From NCBI RefSeq assembly GCF_964204645.1, contig NC_134029.1, positions 7,528,850 to 7,592,849 on the forward strand: 64,000 nt of DNA. Reading direction: 5' to 3'. Shown piece after piece: positions 46,141-58,400 of the stretch. The translations under genes were made by a program, and so were the position numbers. The notes below the pieces were generated by a model that searched no databases, had not been told where the DNA came from, and saw nothing but the letters and a program-made list of their open reading frames with translations. Position 1 is the stretch's first letter. Every line of letters begins with the position of its first letter. The stretch comes from Tubulanus polymorphus (lineage: Eukaryota; Animalia; Nemertea).

Positions 46141-48817
46141 ATTTGAATGAAGTTGATGGATCATCAGTGTTTTGACGAAGCAGGCGTATATGATTTCAAG
46201 CAGCTGAAGATAAAGTTGAGTTTTATCTATGTTCATGTAGTCATTTGATCGAGCGAGAGTTGACTTCAGTTAGCGGGAAATGATAGCTCACTGGAGAAAG
46301 GGTTCATCTATTTACTAGGCAGGATTTATCCCGGCAGATTAGAAATGATGTATACAATCATGTCTACATACTCAGCTCCTACATGTCTTCCATTAAGTCG
46401 GATTATACTGATACATTAACAGCTACCAAAGTATTATTTTTCTCGATCCTGCACTGTTTGGTATATTTATATTTTCGAGTGCGAGTATAGAGATCGGGAA
46501 TGGCTTAATGGATTTTTCATCATCTTATTCTTGCACATAAGAGTTTCATGTATATATCTGAGAACAGAACTTATATATATTTAGTGACCGTATTAAGTGC
46601 AGCTATGCCAACACTTGTGTATAAGGGTAGTTCTGAAAAGATATCCTGGAATTCAGGGATGGATCCTGGAATCCAAACCTTCTTAGGCCTAGTTGCGTGA
46701 TACATGAACAGAGAGAGTGGCTTGTGTGAGTGGCTTGGGCATCCTCCTTCGAGAAAATTTGAAAATGTTCTGATCATTCTCTGAGCATATTGATTCTAAA
46801 ACTTACCAGCAATATTTTTTAATCTTTATTTAGCCAGGTTTTGAGAATGGTGTTATTTTGGCAAAAAATAAGGAGGGGGTTGGGCTCCATGGGTTCCTCC
46901 TAATCCGCTTGTGTGGAATTATAGAATAAATCAGGTTGATTTTAAGTTTGTTTTCAATAAAACCAGTGTCCAACCATTCTGGCAACAAGGGTTGGGGCAG
47001 ATCGAAAAATAAAACCCATAAAAAAACCAAAGCTGAGTTTGTGGTGGGCTCAGTATTGTGAATAGAAAATATATCTGGTCATGGTTAAATCTCTGAGGCC
47101 CAGTTCAGGGTATATTACTCTCTCGTAATGAAGTCATTCGTACCCTGCGACAGGCAAGACCCTAGACAAATTCATCATCGGCCTAATCCTATATTTATTG
47201 GTACATGTATATACATACACGCATAACAGATTGAAGAGTCAATGTGTCGTATTTATTGGAAAACACAGATGGTCCATTTATCAATGGAATGAAAATGTTG
47301 CGGTATGAATTCACTGGAATTGAATTGTCGCACAATACAGCTGTTGTATTCATCTGTATGATACCGTGAATGTATTTTCGTACCCTGTCTTTTTTCCCGA
47401 TCGGAAAAGTCCAGGGGCGGATCTACGTAGGAAAATTACAAGGCAGCGATCGATCCAGTAGAAATGAATTTTTGTGATCAAGTAGGGCTATGAGCTATTA
47501 GCGTGGTCCCACCCTTGGTTTCACATATTTTTTAAGAATCGAAAATATGCAATTATCAAGAAGATGTGTGTCATATTTGCAGGTTTTAACGATTCCTTGT
47601 CTCATCGTAAAGGGCATCTCAATGAAAAGGCAGGACCCCCTAGACCACGCCCTAAATCAACCCCTGAAATCCCATGTTTCCCCTCTATGAATCTTAACTC
47701 AATAAATTCCGTAACATATGTCAAGTGTTTAACAACCATAACGAGATGCATGATCTTTTGTCTTAGATGATAATTTTAATGCATTCTATCCTGGTTACTG
47801 ATTTAGATTTCAGGAAAATCCTGTGCTTCCCTTCGATGCTGAATTGATAGAATTATGGATCATGGGAGTCCACGAGTTATTTCGAACAGTAGCCCGTTTA
47901 TCTCTGCGGGTCGGTGGTATAGAAACCCAACAACAAGTGTCGGTTAATATTGTATATCGCTTTGTCTTTTCAGATGGATTTCGTGTCAAGTTGGCTGGCA
48001 GCCGCAAGAAGCACCACCACTCGCTCACTCATCCGGCTCCGCTTGTCTCCTTTGTTTGACGCCAGACGCAAAAGATGTCCAACTATTGATAACTACTCGT
48101 CTGCCAGTAACCATGGCAACAGAAACAAGACGAAGAAATCAATGCCGCCCTTCGCGGGGGCATCCAATTGGGACGCACTCAAACAACGCAACGAAATTAC
48201 AGGCAAAGAAATGGAATTACTTCATTAGTCGTGGTGTATCGGAGCAGATTGTGATGGGATGATGTTAAGTACTCATTAGAAAAAGTCGGGACTATGCCGT
48301 TTTCTATTCGGCGGCGAGATGTTTTTCGTAAACGCGCGTTTCCTATTCGGCTCCTGTTGATCGCGCGGCGTAAAAATCGTTCGGAAAAACTACCCGTAGG
48401 GCTCAAAGCGACGTTTTTACAAAACGGAAGCGTCTCAATTTCCTGCCACGTCCCCTTTTCGGATGCGTCCGCGCCGTCGCGTCCTCAAAATACAGGCTTC
48501 GAGAGTCGCATAGAATTTGCCCTCCCGCGACGTTTCATTTCGGTAAAAGATGATAATACCCTATCGAATATCATCGCGTACACAGCCTCGAAAACCGAGA
48601 ACTCTCTACCCAAACCTACCGAGAGCTCTATTCCGTTTATACTCGGAGATATAGACGATCCCTCTACGCTATTGTTTGACGAAAAAATCGACTTGTGTAC
48701 ATATATTTATTTGACAAGTGCATTCGAGTCGATATACTAATGTGAACACCTGTACCATACATAATCCGAATCGCCATTTTAAACCGACTACAGGAGTAAA
48801 TTTCCTCAAAAGAGCAT

Positions 48818-48821
<4 letters not shown>

Positions 48822-48895
<74 letters not shown>
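48822..48895. repeat. (AT)n microsatellite
   Basis: Pure AT run. Confidence 0.98.
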
Positions 48896-48898
<3 letters not shown>

Positions 48899-50929
48899 TA
48901 TGCATGTACATGTATTTAAAAAAACAAATCAACCGTGGCTATTTCTCTCTCGTCGCGGTTTTCTATGTATTATAATCTGACACTGTTCTGTGATACTTGT
49001 TTTCAGTGCTATAATAGAGACAATAAGGACCGGACCGTACAAGGACGGTTTATTCTCCTCCTCGTGAAAGCTTTGTTATCGTATTATTCATATTATCAAC
49101 GATATTGATATCGTATTGTCGTCGACAGTTCAACGGTCATTAAATGGCTCTTCTTTTAAGCGTGTCAATGATTAATTTATGTCGCTGCATTTCGAATAGA
49201 AAATCGATCGTTCGATTGATGTATATAGATATATATATATAATGTTTGTATATCGTAGTGAAAAGGAAATTGTAGATTTAGTTCCGTTGTACAGATTAGA
49301 TGACTTCGATAAATGATCTATATAGCTTATCTCTGCGATGCTAGAAATTTTTCGAAATCTTTCTTAAAATCATCTACGGTCCAACGAAAGTTATGCGTAA
49401 CAAATGAAAAAACAAAGATAAGACGATTTTAATCGCTGCGTGTTCCATAAATTGATTATCTTAATTTAAGCCGATGGAATATTTTCCGATCTTATCGGCG
49501 AATGCTGAATGGTAATGGAATGTGATCAATTTCGTACCGTACGACTTTAAACGGCCATCTTCACTGTGCCGTGAAAGGGTTCGTTAGAAACGTCTGTCTG
49601 ATATCATCAAGCATTCGTAGATATAGGAAGCTAATACATGTATTATACTGATACCAGTACATTCATCATATCAGATAATGATATAATTCTATACCGGACA
49701 CTTGATGGCACCACTGGGCGGTGGAACGAGCTGTCGTCTGCACGCATGTCGAAAAGTTATTATCATTGAAAGAGAAATGGCCGTGCAATCTGGCATTTTG
49801 CATTCGCATATTATTAGTATCGAAAAATACAATCGTAATAGTATTAACGAAGAAAATAGTCATTTATGTATGAAATCAGAAATATATGAAGCGCTTGATA
49901 TATATATTGTATGGTACATGTCCTGGGATGTTTTGTAAATATTAAGAATGATGAACGCTCGATGATTCATGTACAAATAATTCGACGAATGATGCCTGCT
50001 TTTCGAAGAATGCTACATACATATATTATATATATATATACTGTGTAAATGTACATTTAATTTCGACGACTGAAAGAAGGTTACTACTACTACGATACAT
50101 TTTGTACAGACGCCATGGTTTTATAAAAGGTCTTAGTTGATTGATGATATTTAATAAGTTGTTTTTATGTTTTTGATGAAGAACTTGCCATATACAGATG
50201 TTATATGCGTTGTAGAAATATTTTGTATATCAGTTTTGGTGCCTATGTGGGGAATGATATTTCCTCTGTTGATATTATTAAGTGTGCTCTAATGGAGTGT
50301 GTAAGGTCGTTTGTGTGATGCCGATCTAATGTTCATTCGTGCGGAAGCAATTTGTCCGTATCTGGAGGAAAATTCATTTTTCCGTTGACATTTCTGCCGA
50401 AACCGCACAAGCTCCCAACCCTGCGTAATATGTGTTGTGAATAATTTTTACATTGAACAGAAGTAGAAATACCGATTTGAAATTTTTCAAATGACCCCGA
50501 CGAAACCACTTTTTTCGAAAAGGTGATATCTAAATAACAACATTCAGAGACATCGAAGGGTGGCTCCGGGTTGACTCAGTTTTGGATGTCGGCTTAGAAC
50601 GTCCATCGTGGAAACTTAGCTTTCTCAGATTTATTCCAATTTCATTCCCTTGGCTATTGTTTGCGACCACCATTTGTACGTTGAATGTAAACTACTAATC
50701 GCAATGTAATTTCATCATTATGCATGGCAGCGTGTGGTTTTGTATCATTACGTTTTCATTAGCTGGACTTCGCCAGATGTGCTCAACAAAAAAATCTATT
50801 GCCATAAGTCGATGTAAATAAACGCGTGCGTGCGGATTCTGATCGTTGTTATTAATATCGATATGAATATATTTTGATCAATTGATGTTCCGTGAAATAG
50901 TTGTGAATAAATAGGTGAAAAGTTGTATA

Positions 50930-51357
50930 CCGTAATGAAATAGCTATTTTAATGCATAAAAAGAGTAGGATTGTAGATGTAATTCATATATTAGAAATAC
51001 TGTTTATTGCAACAGCTCCTAGCCTCAAGTGACCACGACCTCTGTACGATATTTCTCACTTCCAAGATACATGTTTAAACTTTCTTAACTATAACGAAAA
51101 CTGCACTCTGCTTCAGAGGCTCTTGAAGGCAAAATTTAATCTGCTGTTATCATTCAATTTTCTGTAATCGGAGCATTCGTGTCTCTAGGATTGCACAACT
51201 CCATCTATTCCAGTGTGTTCGTTCCCTGATTATAATTGAATTGCCTAATTACTGATTAATGCTACGAGCTGACCCCAAAATCCAGTATTTTTGATGTATG
51301 ATCTATATTTAAACTTTCCTACTCTTTTTACGTATTGAAATTCCTATTTCGTAACAA
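50930..51357. mobile_element. Tc1/mariner (pogo-like) MITE remnant
   Basis: TA|CCGTAATGAAATAGCTATTTTAATGCATAAAAAGAGTAGGA versus TCCTACTCTTTTTACGTATTGAAATTCCTATTTCGTAACAA|TA. Confidence 0.6.
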
Positions 51358-52620
51358 TACCGTATTTTAGAAACAACTCTGTATTTAGTCTAGAAAGCAT
51401 TTCCTCCTGAATCCAGATTCTTAAATTCATGTAGTAAAAATCCGTGCGTAAATAATCTCTCATCTTCATCATCGATATGACAAAAAATTGTCTTCCCGAT
51501 AAGTAGTGCTTGTAGGTTCAAATAGCTGTCTCATGCATGGCCGTGTAACTATTCAGATGTCTGAATTTAACCGATGCACGCGCGTACGTGAAAATGTCTG
51601 TCTGGCAAGAATGTAGTCTCTCTATTGTAGAAAAAAACAAAAACATTTTGGTTGTGATTTCTAGTCCGTTCGGTGAAAAACCTTATCGATATAAGGCCCT
51701 GAAACCATGATAGAGGAAAGATTCAATACGGTTGTAATGTCTGTAAGACCTTGGATGTGTAAACTAAAGTTTCTTATGTCTGTGACAAGACTGAGGGATT
51801 TGAACTCGCTGCTGGATGAAAATGCTATGTGGAACCTGTTATGATGACCTCCAATATAATAATTTACCTTATAGTGTAGACTCCCTACTCAAATCAATGA
51901 TATTTTATTGGTTTATGATTCCAGTTAGGCAATGGATATTTAATTGATAATTTTATTGCAATGGATGAAAGATTTGTGTTCAGAGTTTAAGTGATAAATT
52001 GTATTCAAATTGAGGAGTCTACTGTAGAACCAAACAAAGATTTCAACCTGAGATTAGTAAAATTTTGGTTTATTTTGTGATATTTTCTGATCCCCTGAGA
52101 GTCATTGCAACTAGGTTCCACAGTATTTATTAGATAACCTTTGCTATAAAAGTGTTGTAATCTGCGATGAAGTTTGAATCCCTGAACTCTACAGTTTTTC
52201 CGCAGACAATATTGTTCTGTATCGTTTATTGATCCGATGTGCCATTTTTTTCGAAGCCAAGATGTTGCTGACTCAAATACGTACCATTGTTATATAATGT
52301 AATACAATAGTAATGCATATATGAATCCGGTGTGTTGGTATGAATTACTTGTGAATGATGGCTTTTTAGACAATCAATTGTTATTTTCCTGACGCAGGCA
52401 AACCAGAAATTCCCCGAGCTCGCTGGCCCCAATACTTAAACAGCATAATCTAAAAGTGTTCGCTAAAATATACTCCAAATGTACTTAATATGCAATGCAT
52501 TAATGTCTTCCTCGATAAATCGAAAGGGAAGTGTATTCTATTTGGTTTTTTAAACACCGAATACCGGAAAATGAGAGAAATGAAAGTCAACGATTAGAGT
52601 CACTCAGTAGGTTCCTCGAT

Positions 52621-53017
52621 AGAGCTGTCCGTAAAAGACGTCCACACAAAATTGCAATAAAGCAATAAAAGACATCGGATATCCAGTCATGCAAAATAAT
52701 GCCTTTTTCATTCACTTAATCATTTATTATACACTCCGGACTACAGTTTGTTATTCCATACATTATCTTACAAAAATTATTTCTCTTCGCTGTAATCAGG
52801 GAGGTGGGACCTCCCAGCCGTAATCATTCATGTAATGCACTGGCACTAAAGTCTGTTGAGAACACAGATAGACATTACTATCCATAAAAGATGTCTCATC
52901 GGTGATCACCCCTATCTAAGAAGAAGGATGTCCACATCCAAACAACCCCTCCCCTTGTCCACAAAAGTCCTAAGTTCGCAAACCCCTCCCCTTGGATGTC
53001 TTTTATGGACAGCCCCT
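52621..53017. mobile_element. MITE (Harbinger-like termini)
   Basis: AGAGCTGTCCGTAAAAGACGTCCA / TGGATGTCTTTTATGGACAGCCCCT. Confidence 0.75.
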
Positions 53018-55469
53018 TACTCAATGCAGAAAGTCGTGTTGTCATTTCTCTGGTCATTTTCTCGGTATCATGTGTCGGTGAAAAAATGTTCGCAATTTAT
53101 AAATCGTACGAACCTTACCGAGTAAGTTGGAGTCTACTATAGCGGGTTCGAAAATATCTAGTCTAGCAAGCTGAAAACATCAGGGGAGATTCATGTCAGT
53201 GATGACAGAAATTGTTGTAGTTAGTACCTTTATTAGTAGATTTTGTTGAGCCAAGCGGATATGTTAATTTTGAGAGAATTGTTTGGCTCGAAAAACCGAC
53301 AAGTGGTTACCGGTATTGTTTTGTGATTGGTTGAAGGTGGCATTATTTAGTTTTCGGATGCTGTATAGCACAGAATGTGTGTTGACGATGATATATCTAT
53401 GATAATAAGAATGTGCTCCCTAATTTTTGCGAAGAAGGAAATTTTTATCCATTAGCATTTGTCTGTCTGTACCCCCTTGCATAAGATCTGTTGCGTTGTA
53501 CGTTCTGTAAAACTAAAAAGACGTATTTTCACGCCTGTTTTCTATGTTGTGTTTCACTTGATTACTAGTGCCAACAAAAGCTGGTTCAACCAACGTAGGA
53601 CAATCCGGCTCGGCCTATGAAATTGTTTTCCCTGTGTAGCGTTTGCTGGGTATTCTGTATTCACTTAAAAAGAATTCACATGTAGCCAGTTCTACAGTTG
53701 GTTGGTTTTTGGAATGACTCTGACCGGGTCATAATTTCATTCAGCTGGAGTTCATATTTCATGATGCAAGTTCAAAATTCATTATAATTTCCATTTTAAG
53801 GTAAAATCGAAGCTGTTTATATAAGTTCAATGAATCAAGGTTCATCGCATAAATTCACAGCTCTTGCTCTTGAGTTACATTATCACATTTATTAGCTTTC
53901 AATCGATGCAATAAGGTTACCGGGTATTCAGATGTTAATGGATAATGTATTTCTCTTCATATTGTTGTATGTTGAATATTGTACAGGCTTAAAGCTCTGC
54001 ATGTACTTTAGCTTATATCTAATAACGATCTCTTTGTTTTTTTTTTCTAGTTATTTTTATGCTTCCAGCAAGATTAATGATAATGATAATACTGCGAATT
54101 TGCATTGCTGTCAACTGCTAGCATTCAAAGGTGTAACATGGTTATTCAAGTTGAAATAAAAGGATTTTCCTGATAATTGTGTAGTCAGTTAACTCAATAT
54201 TTCTGCCGACCTTTGGTAGATAAGCAAAATTCGCAACCCTAGAGGCGAAATAAGTGCCGAGAATCTATTGCATTGTGTCTGTCATCCTTTCTGGATAATT
54301 TTGGATTCTATGTGGGAAGATCCCTTTTCATTCATTGCCTACATGCAACCGTGGTTGAGGTCTTGCATGTCATGTGAGGTCAAACTTTGCTTGCCAACCT
54401 GACTGCCATACTTCCAACAACAGATAATCGGAGGATTTACATTCTTCGAGGGTCTGCGATGTAATCACCGAGAGTTTACCAACAAATGATAAGTCGTGTC
54501 GAAAAAAGTATAGATTCCAATAGCACATGTAACACAATTCCCAGTTCTCAGAGGCAGGAACACTTACAGAGCAACCATAAGCAAGAATTGAATGGAGGTG
54601 GGCCAGAATCCAAGCAAGAAAGCGACACGTCTGAAAATGGATTGAAGTAATCCATCTTCATAATCATAAAGTAGTTGATTGAAAACGTCAGCTAATAGAT
54701 CTTGTTAAATCTTCATATTGTAGTCTTATATAAACACTTCATAGACTGCGACCAGTTCGATTGATTTCGATGGTCGAAAACCCGTTACAGGTTTCCACGA
54801 CCATGAAGGTAAGTTTCTTGCAACACTCCAGACCTTATTTCAATAAGCTCAAACAATGAATGACGAATTGAACCCATTGTACAGGGAAAGCTGGGACTAG
54901 AACTGCCGTAATAGTTTTTGGTGAAGAAAAGTAGGCTTGCGCTGATGAAAACAAAGTACAATGCATGTATTTATATTCTTAGAAATAGTCTTATTTTATT
55001 TACTGGTGGTATATACATATTTACAGAACTAATTTACAATTAATTCATACATTTTTACATTGAGTGGATGAACACATTTTTAGTCGTCATACTTACTGGT
55101 AATACAGAATAAATACATATACATGTACAAAAATATAGCTATACCAAGTTGAAGCTAAGATTTAAGACTTGACAAAGCCAATCTAGCAACAACTTTAGTC
55201 ATTTTTATAGACCAGTTTTAAACTTTTAACCTAAAGGTTATCTCAACTCTAATCACCCGGTAGCTGATTGAATTAGCCCCATGGCTCATCTTGAATTCGC
55301 TCTATAAAGCAGTTTCTTACAGCTTATTTCAGCATTCCGTTTAGGGACTAAGTCACAACTGGTACCAGGAAATGGATTCAATGAAGATTTCATTTGAAAA
55401 ACCTTCAATTTCCCCATTATTGAACTTTGTATCCGCTTGATTCAGTGTAATACTTATAGTCCCACATTT

Positions 55470-58400
55470 TCACGGTTGAAAGAACTCATTAAAATCGAAT
55501 CCTTCGTTCGAATCTTCTTCTTGCGTATCCGCGTTACCCGTATATTCCCCGTGGTCGGAGTCATCCGAATCGGAAACTCGTAAATCTTCGTTCAGATTAC
55601 TGTCCTCGTTCTGATTTAAACGCGATTCGCGCAACGTCTGCGCTTCGGCCAATCCGGAACTTTGCAAGAAATAGTCCGACGGGTCGAAGTTCTCGTAACT
55701 GATGTTATTCTCTTCCATCGATTGCGAGTAGTTCATATCCTGCGCGTTTTCGTCGATGTCCATCTCTCGGACGCCGCCGGCCTCTCTGTGGTAATTACTC
55801 TGGTCATCATCGCTTTCTTCTGAAAATTGAACAAGAAAATTACTAACTTATAGGTTAATTGATGCCTTGAAAAATAAATACACATATTGCTTAATATTGT
55901 TGCCTATAGAAAGGACAACTAAAGTTATTTTGGATTTGAATATATAAATAAGTAATTGAATCGACCGACAACCAGTCTAGACCCGATATATTGATGACAT
56001 AGTGCACATCCTCTAAAACATAAATAGCGGAACATACATGTATATAAATCGAAACTACTGACCTGATAGCTGCCGTGGAGGAGCGCCATGATCACTGCCC
56101 TCTGGTGTCATCTGCAAATCTTTAGCTAGTACACTACCGTCATCTTCACCACCAGGAACACTTGTATCCGTTGTCTGAAAAAAATGATTCGAACAAAATC
56201 ATATAAGATAATGAATCGTTGACGCCGTAGGCCTACTGAATAATATGCAACAGCCAACCCCATTGTACTCTTTGTACATAGCTAGTGAATTTAGAGTTAT
56301 AACTTGCCTTATTATGCGTGTGATCGATTGAAGAATCACCTTCCACATCGATATCTGCATCGGAATCGCGGGATATTTCCATCTTCTGAAAAAACATTTG
56401 AAATTTAACTGTGTGTAACGGCTGAAGGAGGTCCGTGAAATATTGACCCGATAACCACTGATGAAATCAAGCATTTGAAGATCTCACGCAGTTTGAAAAT
56501 CTAACTAAACTTTTTACAACTTCGGAAATCAGTGTTCATAATGTGACTTGATATTTGAAAGGCTAAAAAATTCGGGTCAACGTATATGAAAAAGTATTGA
56601 GCCATTTTCGGACATACCACCCACTGGCATGACTCGGAACTTCGGAAATACATGACATACCTGTAGACCTTTAGGCGACGTGGGTGGTGGAAATAATAGA
56701 TTTGCTGCCGATTCAAAAACACCGTCCTCGGCTGCCGAGTTCATCTGGTCCTTCGACGCGATACTGTCATTATCGAAACCTACAAATATCATCACATTGC
56801 TTATCGATAAAAATCTTCGATCTTAAAATCCTATCCGTTATAGATGGATAAGTTTGTACTACGTACCGAGAATGCTGTCTTCGTGGTTGATCGATGTTCC
56901 CGTTATAACGCTGTCCGTTTCTGCGGCTGCCGCAGCTGCCTCTTGCGTCGCTCGGATATTCTTCTCAATCGTCAAGATGTGATCATCTTCCAACTGTAAA
57001 ATCAAAAGCACTTTTCACATTTTGTTCAGTAATAACTGAGTAATCATTATTATTATTATCATAACCTACTTTTATTACCTCTAGGGAGCATCTTATTAAA
57101 ACTGGGCCCAGGGGCTTATATAGGTGACCCTTAAAGTATACTTTGACATAGTGACAAATTAGTAAGGAAACAGAAAGATCCATAAAAATAATATTGGTCT
57201 CAATGATTTACGCTAATATAAAAATATCTATGACACTAGACTTCGAGTGTCTTTGCCACAAAGTCTCAAAGATGACTAACTGAATTTGTATTACCTCCAG
57301 TAATGCTTCTCGGCCTAATTCAGTCATTTTACGAGATGTAGCAGTAAACTGACTGTCGGGTCCGTTGTATTTAACACTGTTTACGTGAATCGTTTCGATA
57401 TCCTGCATGAATTCATCTCGACTGTGATAACGATGCCCGGTAACTTTCTAAAAGAGAAAATGAAACCTTTTTGTGACGACAATACCAGTCAAGCATCAGA
57501 AGTTGAAATACCATATAACCCAAAATCGTACAACAGCTGATTATATTTTGTACATAAAAGCCAAAGTATTGGTTTTGATCAACTGAATATCTATAGACTG
57601 GTTCATAAAGCTATACACACTAACATATATGACATGCAGCGTTACGGCTTTTCTTCTGGCACAAATATACTAATGTATTACATTTCATCCATGAACTGAT
57701 AAAACAAAAGTTCCAAAATAGCACATTTGTAGTAAATAATTTGAGATCTAGGTCAGGAATATATCCGTCCAATAATCTGATCATGATATTTTTGGGTAAA
57801 AATCTTGGGCCAGATATCGGTTATTGACTTGGATATACGATGCCAGGTTAGGAAAAATCTACCTATTGCAACCAGTACAAATTGGCTGTGTTCACTGCGC
57901 TCTTGATCATGTATGAACCTCATGAAGGGGGATGGTAGAATATGAACACCATCCCAAGCTTCGATCACATATTACCAAAAAGTACCCACCTTCTGCATCG
58001 TTCCGAGATCCATGGGATTCGTGATGACTTCGTAATAATCTTTCACAAACTTTTTATTCACGGGATTGTGGAACGGCCACGAGCTGTCGACTGCCTTCAC
58101 ACGCTGTAACACGCCTTCGAGGATATACGACAACGCCACCTGGTCGTCATCGTCTAGCAACGGATTGATAGCTTTCTCCAGACGCATTAGACGTTCCTCT
58201 TTCTGTTGAAAATTTGAAGAAGAACAAATTGTTAGGTTTTCATAGACAAGTGACTGGCTAATTCGAAACTCAGCCTTACTAACTACTTAAGCAATCTATT
58301 TTTCATAATTATTATTTACCTCAGCAATTCGTTGAAGGCACAAATCCAGCATCGATTTAGCAGTATACGTCAATGGACTCTTCACTCCGTTGTATGTTTT

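Larger units (their letters stand above)
47974..54160 (+). other. Putative terminal (3'UTR) exon of ANKRD50
   Basis: Donor TTG|GTGAGT at 41297, 10 nt after the stop; strong acceptor CGCTTTGTCTTTTCAG| ending 47973; no credible long ORF downstream; TGTANATA elements; AATAAA at about 50817, 50907 and 54155. The true 3' end is uncertain. Confidence 0.5.

Noticed and set aside
47803-47842. Alternative acceptor TTAGATTTCAG|G near 47813 for the post-stop intron
   Set aside because: Poorer pyrimidine tract than 47973 and an AG just upstream. Not excluded without RNA data.
48294-48975. 148-aa ORF and YI-repeat ORFs
   Set aside because: No domain signal; the YI runs are translations of the (AT)n microsatellite.
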